Shown: positions 48,834 through 58,168 of the stretch, in pieces | Layout: each line of letters starts with the position of its first letter | Position numbering within the stretch: the first letter of the stretch is position 1 | Source of the DNA: Candidatus Latescibacterota bacterium | Lineage (GTDB): Bacteria; Latescibacterota; UBA2968 | DNA length: 64,000 nucleotides | Assembly (NCBI GenBank): GCA_965208125.1 | Contig: OZ242320.1 | Coordinates: 3,168,001-3,232,000, forward strand | Reading direction: 5' to 3' | Program-made: the position numbers and the translations under genes | Notes under the pieces: model-generated | The model's input: the letters and a program-made list of their open reading frames with translations, nothing else | Database searches by the model: none | Told to the model about the DNA's origin: nothing

Positions 48834-49205
48834 TCATGCCGATTTGTTTTGTTTTTCTTTACAAGGGACGCAAATTTCCGTTGTCGGTACAGCTTCCAAT
48901 CTCGCTCTGGGGATGGGATCTTTACACGCTCGACACACGCCAAATTTGCGATTTTTAATGCGCGTTAAAGCGGCTTCAATTTGGTCCAGATAAGCACCGT
49001 CGCGTGCTGCAAACAGAAAAGCCTTTTCGCGTTCCATGGTCGCATTGCCCAAATCGGGCATGTGATCTGAATACGTCAGGTCACCCGACGATTCTGCCGA
49101 GGTGGTCTGCATGGACTGGCTCTGCAAAGTGCCCAGGTCTTTAACGATAGAAGAGCGTTTGCTCTCTAAAAGATTTTTGAAATACTCCAGGTCACGGTTT
49201 GTCAT
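48834..49205 (-). CDS. DksA/TraR C4-type zinc finger protein
   Basis: Coiled coil 'DHMPDLG', 'CRAC...IPRARLEAVP...CVPC'. Confidence 0.9.
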   Translation of the reverse strand: MTNRDLEYFKNLLESKRSSIVKDLGTLQSQSMQTTSAESSGDLTYSDHMPDLGNATMEREKAFLFAARDGAYLDQIEAALTRIKNRKFGVCRACKDPIPRARLEAVPTTEICVPCKEKQNKSA

Positions 49206-49206
49206 T

Positions 49207-49671
49207 TTATTCCTTTCTATCCACAGCTTCCCAAATTTGACATGTGTTTTCTTTAATTAGCGCGTGTTGTTCCGGCCAAAAAAAAGTAGGCAGTGGATCA
49301 AGCGGAACCCAGGACATACTTTCATGGTGTGTTGTGTCGGTTGGCACGGCATCAATCTGTTCGGTTAAATATAAAAAATAATGTGTTATTTTCCACTCTG
49401 TCTTGCGAAAATCAAGCCGTTCTTTTGTGCCGAGTTTTTCTACGAGTTGCAATTTTGATATTCCCACTTCTTCTTCGATCTCTCGTCTGGCAGCATATTC
49501 GATTTCTTCGCCCGCTTCAATGTGTCCTTTGGGCAATACATAGTCGGTATGCCCTCTCTCTCGGGCGAGAGCCAACAATGCCTGATCGCCATCCCAACGC
49601 ACGACCACACCGCCTGCAGCATGACGTTCTCGCAACCCTTTGGGGCGTATGTACCAGCTATTGTCGATCAT
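49207..49671 (-). CDS. NUDIX hydrolase
   Basis: 'LPKGHIEAGEEIEYAARREIEEEVG'. Confidence 0.92.
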   Translation of the reverse strand: MIDNSWYIRPKGLRERHAAGGVVVRWDGDQALLALARERGHTDYVLPKGHIEAGEEIEYAARREIEEEVGISKLQLVEKLGTKERLDFRKTEWKITHYFLYLTEQIDAVPTDTTHHESMSWVPLDPLPTFFWPEQHALIKENTCQIWEAVDRKE

Positions 49672-49698
49672 AAAAGTTGTCAGTGGTTCTCGTCTTTT

Positions 49699-50580
49699 TC
49701 ACTTCCAGTACTTATCGTATAGAAGACCGAGTCTTTCTTTTGCCGCGCTGGAAATAGCATCTGGCGATGTAATAATCGCAAATTGTGCGGCATTGAGACA
49801 ATCGCAATCCGATGTTCTGGGCAACTGTGCAGCCAATGTGCATACAATTTGATTTGCGTGCTCGGCATTGGCTTTTAATACAGCGACTACGGCTTCTACC
49901 GATACATCTTCTTCTGCTTCATGCCAGCAATCGTAATCGGTGCCCATAGCCAGCATCGCATAACACATTTCGGCCTCGCGTGCGAGCTTGGCTTCAGGCA
50001 AAGCCGTCATCCCGATCACGGTCGCATTGACTTCTCGACGATAAAAATGGGACTCTGCGCGCGTGGAGAACTGAGGCCCTTCCATACAGATATAGGTTCC
50101 GCCATCGTGGGTGGTTACTCCGGAGTTTTTTGCAGCGGCCAGCAGTAAGTCGCGCAATTCACCGCAAAAAGGATCGGCAAAGGTTACATGTCCGGCAATG
50201 CCTTCACCAAAAAATGTGCTCGCACGGATGCCACGGGTGCGATCAAAAATCTGGTCGGGCACCACCATATCACCCGGTTTTATGGCTTCCCGCATAATTC
50301 CCACAGCACTTATCGCCAACAGATGCGTCACGCCCATCTGTTTCATGGCATATATATTGGCGCGATAGGGCACTTCAGAAGGCAGCAGCACATGCCCGCG
50401 TCCATGACGGGGCAAAAAATATACCGTTTGGTCGCCTATACGCGTTTCTACAACTGCATCTGAAGGCTTGCCAAAAGGTGTGGCAAGACGATGTTCGGCT
50501 ACGATTTCCACACCTTCCATGTGATAAACCCCCGATCCGCCCATAACACCCAGTCGAAGAATCTGTTCAGGCATCTTCAT
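49699..50580 (-). CDS. mtaP: S-methyl-5'-thioadenosine phosphorylase
   Basis: 'GGSG', 'TPFGKPS', 'RHGRGH', 'EGPQFSTRAES', 'GMTALPEAKLARE', 'TDYDCW'. Confidence 0.92.
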   Translation of the reverse strand: MKMPEQILRLGVMGGSGVYHMEGVEIVAEHRLATPFGKPSDAVVETRIGDQTVYFLPRHGRGHVLLPSEVPYRANIYAMKQMGVTHLLAISAVGIMREAIKPGDMVVPDQIFDRTRGIRASTFFGEGIAGHVTFADPFCGELRDLLLAAAKNSGVTTHDGGTYICMEGPQFSTRAESHFYRREVNATVIGMTALPEAKLAREAEMCYAMLAMGTDYDCWHEAEEDVSVEAVVAVLKANAEHANQIVCTLAAQLPRTSDCDCLNAAQFAIITSPDAISSAAKERLGLLYDKYWK

Positions 50581-51088
50581 CGCCCTGATCTGTGGCGTTA
50601 TCTTCTATTTCGGGAATATTCTCTTTTACCACATCGAAGGAGGTCATTTGCAATTGGTCCAAAAAATCAGTTTGAACCTGTACCAGAGCCTTAAACTTGG
50701 ACAAGAACATATTGCGTTGATTTTGTAACTCCACAAGCTCTGTGCGGATCTCATGCACCTGTGTGCGTGCTTTTTCAATGGCCCGATTGCTGCGGATTTC
50801 CGCTTCTTTCACAATTAGCCGCGCTTCTTTGTGCCCATTTTCCTTGACTTCTTCGGCCGTTTGTTGAGCAGTTCTGAGCATTTCCTGGAGGGTTTGCTCT
50901 ATTGACTGATAGTGATGCACTTCTGATTGCAACGCATTGAGAAATTCTTTTAGTTCGATATTTTCGGAGTTGAGATGTTCAACTTCAGTCGCCAGCGTTT
51001 CGAGAAATGTCTGCACTTCTTCTTGATCATAACCGCGCAAAGATTTCTTAAAAATCTGTTTGCGAATATCCTGTGGTGTGATGTTCAC
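50567..51088 (-). CDS. DivIVA domain protein
   Basis: 'ITPQDI...F.KSLRGYD..EV..FL' plus coiled coil. Confidence 0.9.
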   Translation of the reverse strand: MNITPQDIRKQIFKKSLRGYDQEEVQTFLETLATEVEHLNSENIELKEFLNALQSEVHHYQSIEQTLQEMLRTAQQTAEEVKENGHKEARLIVKEAEIRSNRAIEKARTQVHEIRTELVELQNQRNMFLSKFKALVQVQTDFLDQLQMTSFDVVKENIPEIEDNATDQGDEDA

Positions 51089-51114
51089 AATTTCCCTCCC
51101 TCAACAAGGGCTAT

Positions 51115-51702
51115 TTATAACTCAAATACACTTTGGATAGCACTCTGAACAATTTGCAGAAGTAAAATTAACAAAATAGGCGACAAATCGAACATGCCCA
51201 GCGGAGGAACGATCTGCCGAAAAGGACCCATAATAGGCTCAGTCAAGCTGTAAAGAGTCCACATAAACCTGCCCCCGCGCACAAAGGGCAACCAGGAAAA
51301 TACGATACGCGCGATAATTAAAACCAGCAGGACCGCAACGGCTCCATAGAGCAACCAACCGATGACCTGCAGGATTTCGCCAGAAGAAATACCGTGCAGC
51401 AGTCCAATGAGTGCAAGCAGCACATCGCTGGTTAACCACTTAAAAAAAAATGCTCCAACCAATGTCGCTATCACCAGAATCAATGGTGCCGCGGCGGCAT
51501 TTCCAGGCATGTGTTGCGCAATGGGCCACACGAGTGGGTCGGTTATGCGCCGAACATAATATTGAGACCAGCCAAAAGAACTCATACGCACCAAAACAGC
51601 GCGTAATAGCAACAACGCCACCATGCCGATTACCAATGCAACAAGCATCCAGTCAATGGCTTGTTGGATTAAAATAATCGCCTGAGCAACCACATCAACC
51701 AT
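51115..51702 (-). CDS. yggT: YggT family membrane protein (two repeats)
   Basis: 'ITDPLV.P' and 'LTEPIMGPFRQIVPPLGMFDLSPI'. Confidence 0.88.
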   Translation of the reverse strand: MVDVVAQAIILIQQAIDWMLVALVIGMVALLLLRAVLVRMSSFGWSQYYVRRITDPLVWPIAQHMPGNAAAAPLILVIATLVGAFFFKWLTSDVLLALIGLLHGISSGEILQVIGWLLYGAVAVLLVLIIARIVFSWLPFVRGGRFMWTLYSLTEPIMGPFRQIVPPLGMFDLSPILLILLLQIVQSAIQSVFEL

Positions 51703-51705
51703 AGT

Positions 51706-52389
51706 TTATACCGCCCGATGGCCAAAAATCGCCGTGCCCACGCGAACCATTGTCGCGCCTTCTTCAATTGCTACTTCAAAGTCGCTGGTCATCCCCATAG
51801 ACAGGGCAGATACATGGGGCTTGTGAATTGCGATGCGATCTCTGATCTGTCGCAGCAAGACAAAATTTGGTCGCGCTGTTTCGGGGTCTGGGTCAAATGC
51901 GCCAATTGTCATCAGCCCTGCCACCGAAACGCCCTGCAGGTCATCGACCTGCCCGACCAGATCTAATGCCGCGTTGGGCGATATACCAAACTTTGATGCT
52001 TCGCCCGATGTATTTACCTGTACTAATACGCGGACTGGGGTATTTATCCGCACAGCCCACCGGCTGATTTCTTTTGCCAGGCGCAATGTGTCAACCGAGT
52101 GAATCAGGTCGAATAAAGGCAACGCCTGTTTGACTTTGTTGCGCTGTAAGTGTCCAACCAAATGCCAGGATACAGTGCCTGCTACCTCTGTGACTTTATG
52201 CTGGGCCTCTTGCACGCGACTTTCGCCTAAAACCCGTGTTCCCGCATCTACGACCTGTTGCACGACATCGGCAGGCCAGGTCTTTGTCACAACAATCAAT
52301 TTAACCGCATCTGCCGACCGCCCGGACCGATGGGCAGCCCTGGCAATGCGGTCTTGAACGCGTTTTAAGTTCTCAGCAATTGCCGACAT
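51706..52389 (-). CDS. yggS: PLP homeostasis protein YggS
   Basis: 'VVTKT', 'WHLVGHLQRNK', 'GLMTI', 'LSMGMTSDFEVAIEEGATMVRVGTAIFG'. Confidence 0.95.
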   Translation of the reverse strand: MSAIAENLKRVQDRIARAAHRSGRSADAVKLIVVTKTWPADVVQQVVDAGTRVLGESRVQEAQHKVTEVAGTVSWHLVGHLQRNKVKQALPLFDLIHSVDTLRLAKEISRWAVRINTPVRVLVQVNTSGEASKFGISPNAALDLVGQVDDLQGVSVAGLMTIGAFDPDPETARPNFVLLRQIRDRIAIHKPHVSALSMGMTSDFEVAIEEGATMVRVGTAIFGHRAV

Positions 52390-52597
52390 AGATTTCGGTC
52401 TCAAAATTGAAATATAGATTGTATAATTTAGGCAAAAACCAGTGTAATAGCAACTAAAACGGCCTGGAAGATGTAAGGCGAACCGCGTGAGATTTTTAGC
52501 TGTGAGGGCAAAAAAACGTTGACCCTATACGGAGGATATATGTATTGTAGTGCGCAGTGTAAGGCCCTCTCACCCTTTCAAATCTGGAGCTATTCTT

Positions 52598-54520
52598 ATG
52601 CCGCGAAATGGTTATGGACACATGGTGCTGGATGACTATGTCGAGCGCGTGCGGGCTGTAAATGCCGACCGAGCAAAACGCCTATCATCTATCCGAACAA
52701 AAAAAGAAGCTTTCGCATACCGCGATGAAGTGCGTGAGGCTATTGACAAAGCCTATCGCCCCTGGCCGAGCAAAACACCGCTTAATGCGCGCGTTGTCGG
52801 TACAATTGAACGCCGCCATTACCGCATTGAAAAAATCCTCTTTGAGAGCCGTCCGGGCTGTTTGGTTACCGCTCACCTTTATGTGCCGGACAAACTCGAT
52901 GGACCAGCACCTGGTATTATTGGTTCTTGCGGTCATGCTGCCGATGGCAAAAATGCATCGCTTTATCAGGCATTTTGTCAGCGTCTGGCACGCAATGGTT
53001 TTGTCGTTTTGATCTATGATCCTTTCAACCAGGGCGAGCGCGATCAATACTATGCCCTGCACAGCCGCGAGAGTGTGCGATCATCAACACATGCCCACAA
53101 TATGATGGGCAAACAACTCGAACTTGTGGGCGAATGGTTTGGCGCGTGGCGAGCATGGGATGGTATCCGCGCGCTCGATTATCTGCTTACCCGTCCCGAA
53201 GTTGATCCCAGGTGCATCGGGCTTACGGGTAACTCGGGCGGCGGCACTATGACCAGTTGGATATGGCCGGTGGAAGCGCGTTTTACTATGGCTGCCCCCA
53301 GTTGTTTTGTCACCACTTTTGTCGCCAATCTCGAAAATGAACTGCCCGCCGATTCGGAACAGTATCCGCCGGGCGTGATTGGCGCGGGCCTGGATATGGC
53401 TGATTTTTTTATTGCCCGAGCACCTGCTCCCGTCATTTTACTCGGGCAAGCCTATTGCTTTTTTGACCGACGCGGTCTCAAACAAGCCTATTCTGAAGTC
53501 CGTCGTTTCTACGATATCATTGGCGCGCCAGCCAATGCGACTGATATTTTTATCGGGTCAGAAGGCCACGGTTTTTTCCGCGATAACCAGGAAGCTATGG
53601 TGCAATTTTTTGCAACACATGCGGGCATTCAGGAGGTTGCCCGTTTGGAAGAGACCGAAGACTTGAGCGATGTTTTAAATGTCACCCCCAAAGGCGAGGT
53701 TGTGCCCGAAGGGGCTACGCCCATTTACGATTTGATTGCCCAAAAAGCAGATGTTCTTGCATCAAAACGCAAAAAGTTGGGCAAAGAAGAACTCCTCCGT
53801 TGTGTGCAGAATACGCTCAATTTGTCTGATGACCGCGACCTGCCCCACCACCGCTGGTTGCGTAGCACGACGGAAGATGGCGTTCGCCTGGCGCGGTATG
53901 CGATTGAAACCGAGGGCAATATTCGCGCTATTATGCGGAAACGCCTGTCCAATCCGTCTTATTCGCATACGCTCGATGTCGAACGCGAGGTTCATCTCTA
54001 TTTGCCACATGTTTCTGCGGAAGTGGATCTGATCGAAGATCCTTTTGCGAAAAGACTGAAAGAACAATATCCGCTCTATGCACTTGATGTGCGCGGTCTG
54101 GGAGAATCGCTTGCCGATGATGAACGCGACTTTTTTCACCCTTATGACAATGACTATATGTGCAATGGCTATGGTCTGATGCTCGGTCAAAGCTTTTTCG
54201 GACGGCGGGTACACGATGTGTTATCCACAGTTGACCTGCTGGCTCATGAAGGTGCGGAAAAAATTCATCTCTATGGTCGTGGGCAGGGTGCAATTCACGC
54301 GCTGTTTGCCGGATTTCTCCATTCTGAAGTGACGACTATAACCCTGAAAAATTATCCGCTGTCCTATCATGTCTGGACACAAACACCCCTGGTCAGTTGG
54401 CCTGCCGCCAATATACCTCGGGGCGTTCTCACATCATTTGATCTGCCCGATTTGATACACGCGTTGGACAAAAAACTCGAGCTTATTCAGCCCTGGGGGG
54501 CGGATATGGGAGAAGTGTGA
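52598..54520 (+). CDS. Acetylxylan esterase-like alpha/beta hydrolase (tandem domains)
   Basis: 'YRIEKILFESRPG', 'WDGIRALDYLLTRPEVD', nucleophile 'GNSGGG'; degenerate second domain. Confidence 0.8.
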   Translation: MPRNGYGHMVLDDYVERVRAVNADRAKRLSSIRTKKEAFAYRDEVREAIDKAYRPWPSKTPLNARVVGTIERRHYRIEKILFESRPGCLVTAHLYVPDKLDGPAPGIIGSCGHAADGKNASLYQAFCQRLARNGFVVLIYDPFNQGERDQYYALHSRESVRSSTHAHNMMGKQLELVGEWFGAWRAWDGIRALDYLLTRPEVDPRCIGLTGNSGGGTMTSWIWPVEARFTMAAPSCFVTTFVANLENELPADSEQYPPGVIGAGLDMADFFIARAPAPVILLGQAYCFFDRRGLKQAYSEVRRFYDIIGAPANATDIFIGSEGHGFFRDNQEAMVQFFATHAGIQEVARLEETEDLSDVLNVTPKGEVVPEGATPIYDLIAQKADVLASKRKKLGKEELLRCVQNTLNLSDDRDLPHHRWLRSTTEDGVRLARYAIETEGNIRAIMRKRLSNPSYSHTLDVEREVHLYLPHVSAEVDLIEDPFAKRLKEQYPLYALDVRGLGESLADDERDFFHPYDNDYMCNGYGLMLGQSFFGRRVHDVLSTVDLLAHEGAEKIHLYGRGQGAIHALFAGFLHSEVTTITLKNYPLSYHVWTQTPLVSWPAANIPRGVLTSFDLPDLIHALDKKLELIQPWGADMGEV

Positions 54521-54594
54521 AGGAGGAAGTGTGAAAAGCAACCACAGAAGAAACGCGGGAAGCAAGGGAAGTGGGGGCTGGTGGGACTGGGTGG

Positions 54595-54619
54595 ACTGAT
54601 AGCTGACCGCTGAGAGCTG
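54595..54619. repeat. Heptamer tandem repeat (RCTGANN x3-4)
   Basis: ACTGATA GCTGACC GCTGAGA GCTG. Confidence 0.6.
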
Positions 54620-54641
54620 GGGAGGCTGGGGAATGGGGGGG

Positions 54642-55400
54642 TTATCCTTCCAGTTGTTGGCGTAGATGGGATTCCATTGCTACAAACTGGGGATCGGCGC
54701 GCAAGGTGTTTTCTCGAGGATGGGGAAAATTGACTCTCAGATCTTCCGTAATTTTGCCGGGTCTGGCAGACATTACCACAACGCGGTCAGAGAGGAGCAA
54801 TGCCTCAGAGATGCTGTGGGTAATAAATAAGATAGCAGCACCGGTCGCCTGCCATATTCGCAACAGTTCAATTTGCATCTTTTCTCGCGTCATTTCATCC
54901 AATGCTCCAAAAGGCTCGTCCATAAGCAAGACGGATGGTCGGAAGGTCAAGACTCTGGCTATGGCGACCCGCGATTGCATGCCGCCCGATAGTTCGCGCG
55001 GATACGCCTGCTCAAATCCAGCCAGTCCGACAATGTCGATCATTTCAGAGACCCGGCTTAAAATCTCTGTGTCTCCAAAGACCTCTGCGGGCAGGCGGAC
55101 ATTTTCTTCAACCGTGCGCCAGGCGAGAAGCGAAGGATGCTGAAATACAAAGCCGACCAACCGTTCGCGCCGCGCGGCTTCGGGTATTTTCCCCAGTACG
55201 CGAACCGTGCCATTCGTCGGTGTTTCCAGGTCGCCGACAATCCGCATTAAGCTCGTTTTGCCACATCCCGAGGGTCCGATCATACTGACAAATTCGCCCT
55301 GCGCTATTTGCAGAGAAATTTGTGCGAGTGCTTCTACCCGATTGCTGTCGGTCACAAAAACTTTGTGGATATCCCGCAGTTCAATGGCTAATTCGTTCAT
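54642..55400 (-). CDS. NitT/TauT-type ABC transporter ATP-binding protein (orphan)
   Basis: GPSGCGKT, 'YPRELSGGMQSR', 'LMDEPFGALD', 'ITHSISEA'. Confidence 0.92.
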   Translation of the reverse strand: MNELAIELRDIHKVFVTDSNRVEALAQISLQIAQGEFVSMIGPSGCGKTSLMRIVGDLETPTNGTVRVLGKIPEAARRERLVGFVFQHPSLLAWRTVEENVRLPAEVFGDTEILSRVSEMIDIVGLAGFEQAYPRELSGGMQSRVAIARVLTFRPSVLLMDEPFGALDEMTREKMQIELLRIWQATGAAILFITHSISEALLLSDRVVVMSARPGKITEDLRVNFPHPRENTLRADPQFVAMESHLRQQLEG

Positions 55401-55443
55401 AGTAGTCAGTAGTCAGTAGTCAGTTCCCCAGTCCCAACCGCCC
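55401..55443. repeat. AGTAGTC x3 plus core TCCCAACCGCCC
   Basis: 12-nt core identical to 4299-4310. Confidence 0.7.
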
Positions 55444-55510
55444 GTATCGTGAACTGCTGATGAAACGTCGCAGTCCTTCGTGGATTTCACTTCTTGTATC
55501 TTATGTTTGC

Positions 55511-55535
55511 GGGCGACCACAAGAGTCGCCCCTAC
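55511..55535 (-). repeat. GTAG REP-like hairpin
   Basis: GTAGGGGCGACTCTTGTGGTCGCCC directly after the pap stop. Confidence 0.7.
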
Positions 55536-55538
55536 GAT

Positions 55539-57020
55539 TTAATGTTTGTTCAAGTGTTTTTCCAGGGTTTTTACCACGGTTTTCAGCGTTTTAATGCGCG
55601 CATATAGCTTGCTATTGGACTCTACAATGGTCCACGGTGCGTAATCTGTATTCGTGCGGTACAACATCTCATCCACAGCGTCGCGATACTGATCCCATTT
55701 TTCTCGATTGCGCCAATCCTCATCTGTAATTTTCCACTGTTTGAACGGTACTCTTTCGCGGTCTTGAAAGCGTTTCAATTGTTCGTCTTTGTCGATATCG
55801 ATCCAGAATTTAAATAATAAGGTGCCGTAATTTGCCATCTGTTCTTCCATTTCGTTGATTTCGCGGTACGCGCGCTGCCATTCCTGTATTGTCGCAAATC
55901 CCTCTACGCGCTCGACCAGAACGCGCCCGTACCACGATCGGTCAAAGATGGCAAAATGACCGGCTTTGGGCATTTTGATCCAGAACCGCCACAAATAGTG
56001 ATGTGCCAGTTCAATATCATTTGGTGCGGCGATGGGGATTACTTCGTATCCACGCGGGTCCATGCGGCGCACCAGGCGTTTGATATTGCCTCCCTTTCCC
56101 GCAGCATCCCAGCCTTCGTACACAATGACGACTGACTGCCTTCGCAAATATACTTCGTGCTCGAGTTCCCATATCTTTTTTTGATAAATGCGGCGCAGGC
56201 GATCGTATTCTTTGCGCGTGAGTTCTCTGGATAAGTCAGAAGTCTCGAGCATAGAGTGCGGGATTGGGGGTAGGGAAACCGCTTTGGTCCGTGTCTTTTT
56301 GTTCAGAGATACCATTTTTTTTTCGAGGACTTTAATCACTTTTTCAAATACTGAAACCGTTGCAAAACGCCAGTTTTCAGCTGGCACAATATGCCAGGGC
56401 GCGTATTTGCTATCCGTGCGTGAGATCATTTCTTCGATGACTTCTCCATACGATTCGTATTGTTTATTCTTTTTCCAATCGTAATCTGTTACGCGCCAGG
56501 ACGTCAGGGGATTTTTCTCGAGTTGCTTAAAACGCTTTTTTTGTTCTTTGCGCGAGATGTGCAGGAAAAACTTGATGATTACATGGCCGTCATCTACGAG
56601 TTGTCGCTCGAAATTATTCACTTCTTGATACGCTTTATTAACCGGCAGCTTGATCATCATCGGATCCATGTTCTCTACTATGAATCGGCTATACCAACTC
56701 CGACCGTAAATCGCCAGGCGCCCGCGTTCGGGGATTTTGGTCCAGAACCGCCACATAAACGGTCGGTATATCTCTTCTTCATTGGGAACTTGTGTCGAAT
56801 ATACTTTGACACCCCGGGGATCGAGTACTTGCAACAACTCATTGATTTGTCGTCCTTTACCAGAAGCACCCCAGCCTTCGAATACAATCGTGATGGGCAC
56901 TTTGTTTTCCAGTGCCTTGCGCTCGAGTTGCCCCATTTTTATTTCAAGCTTTTCCATTTGGGCGTTGTATTTAGATTTTTTTATTTTTTGTTTTAGATCA
57001 ATAGCATTCAGGATTCCCAT
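55539..57020 (-). CDS. pap: Polyphosphate:AMP phosphotransferase (two-domain PPK2, class II)
   Basis: Two PPK2 domains: 'EGWGASGKG...GRSWY' and 'EGWDAAGKGG...FDRSWYGRVLVERVE'. Confidence 0.9.
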   Translation of the reverse strand: MGILNAIDLKQKIKKSKYNAQMEKLEIKMGQLERKALENKVPITIVFEGWGASGKGRQINELLQVLDPRGVKVYSTQVPNEEEIYRPFMWRFWTKIPERGRLAIYGRSWYSRFIVENMDPMMIKLPVNKAYQEVNNFERQLVDDGHVIIKFFLHISRKEQKKRFKQLEKNPLTSWRVTDYDWKKNKQYESYGEVIEEMISRTDSKYAPWHIVPAENWRFATVSVFEKVIKVLEKKMVSLNKKTRTKAVSLPPIPHSMLETSDLSRELTRKEYDRLRRIYQKKIWELEHEVYLRRQSVVIVYEGWDAAGKGGNIKRLVRRMDPRGYEVIPIAAPNDIELAHHYLWRFWIKMPKAGHFAIFDRSWYGRVLVERVEGFATIQEWQRAYREINEMEEQMANYGTLLFKFWIDIDKDEQLKRFQDRERVPFKQWKITDEDWRNREKWDQYRDAVDEMLYRTNTDYAPWTIVESNSKLYARIKTLKTVVKTLEKHLNKH

Positions 57021-57022
57021 AT

Positions 57023-58147
57023 TTACTCCTTTATCCATGTGCGCGAGTCGGGCACGTCTAACCACGCGCCATCTTGCACAATTGACTGCTGACTGATTAA
57101 TCCCGGCAAGGTCATGTCCATGGCCTCGTGAATGCCAATTGGACAGGCAATTTCGCCGTTGATGCTTTGAATAAAATCCATGATTTCGAAATAGTCGCCC
57201 CCGCCGTGTCCGGCTTTTAATGCCGCTTCAGAGGGGTTGCGCCACATGTCGGGTAAATAGTCTTCTTCCAGATCTGTCAGATCTATCCATTCATTTTTTC
57301 CGTCGCAGATATCTGCGAGCCATACGCGATTGACACCGCCGCGCTCTCGCGCCGATTCGTAACACCCTTTTGTCCCTTGCAGTTGAAAATTGCCAGTTGC
57401 ATGGGGGCGTTCCGATAGCATATCTACCCGGATTTTTACCAGCCCGCCGCTCGCCATCTGGCACAACATGACGCACGAATCTTGATTTTCATACTGGTCT
57501 CCCCGAGGGTCTGTGTAATGGTGTCCGCTGCCCGCACAACACACGCGCACTACGCGGTCGCCCGGCATCCACTGCAAGAGAGGTCCCAGGCTGTGCGTGC
57601 AATAGGTGACACCATCAATGCCCGTTTGCCACTTGCGCCGCCATTTTGTGATTTCATTCAGGGCTTTCAATTCGTGCAAATACTCTCCTTCTCCGTAATA
57701 TACATCGCCGAACAAACCCCGCCGCACGAGTTCTTTTACCAGTACATTGGGGCGGGTGTAGGTGTAATTTTCAGCCATCATATAGATTGCTTTTGACGAG
57801 GTAGCGGCGTGTACCAGTCCGCGGCATTCCGCTACGGAGACCCCGGCTGTGACTTCGCTCAAGACGTGGATGTTGCGATGCAGTGCCTCAATTGCCTGCT
57901 GAGCGTGAAAATGCATGGGTGTGCCGATGACTACTGCATCGAGTTCAGAGCGCGCGAGCATGGTTTCGTAGTCCGCGTATTTTTCAGAGGCTCCCAATCT
58001 CTCAGCAGCAGCGTCGAGTTCCTCTTCGCGCACATCGCATACCGCGTGAATACGGGCTGTTTCATGGGCTTCAAAAGCGACTCGAAAACTGCCCCCACGC
58101 CCCGCAGCCCCCACAATACCCACGTTTAATTTTTCAGCGATTCCCAT
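57023..58147 (-). CDS. Gfo/Idh/MocA family oxidoreductase
   Basis: 'VGIVGAAGRG', 'GTPMHFHA', 'VLSEV', 'YMMAENY', 'GHGGGD'. Confidence 0.88.
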   Translation of the reverse strand: MGIAEKLNVGIVGAAGRGGSFRVAFEAHETARIHAVCDVREEELDAAAERLGASEKYADYETMLARSELDAVVIGTPMHFHAQQAIEALHRNIHVLSEVTAGVSVAECRGLVHAATSSKAIYMMAENYTYTRPNVLVKELVRRGLFGDVYYGEGEYLHELKALNEITKWRRKWQTGIDGVTYCTHSLGPLLQWMPGDRVVRVCCAGSGHHYTDPRGDQYENQDSCVMLCQMASGGLVKIRVDMLSERPHATGNFQLQGTKGCYESARERGGVNRVWLADICDGKNEWIDLTDLEEDYLPDMWRNPSEAALKAGHGGGDYFEIMDFIQSINGEIACPIGIHEAMDMTLPGLISQQSIVQDGAWLDVPDSRTWIKE

Positions 58148-58168
58148 TAAATACCTCCGAAAAATTGG

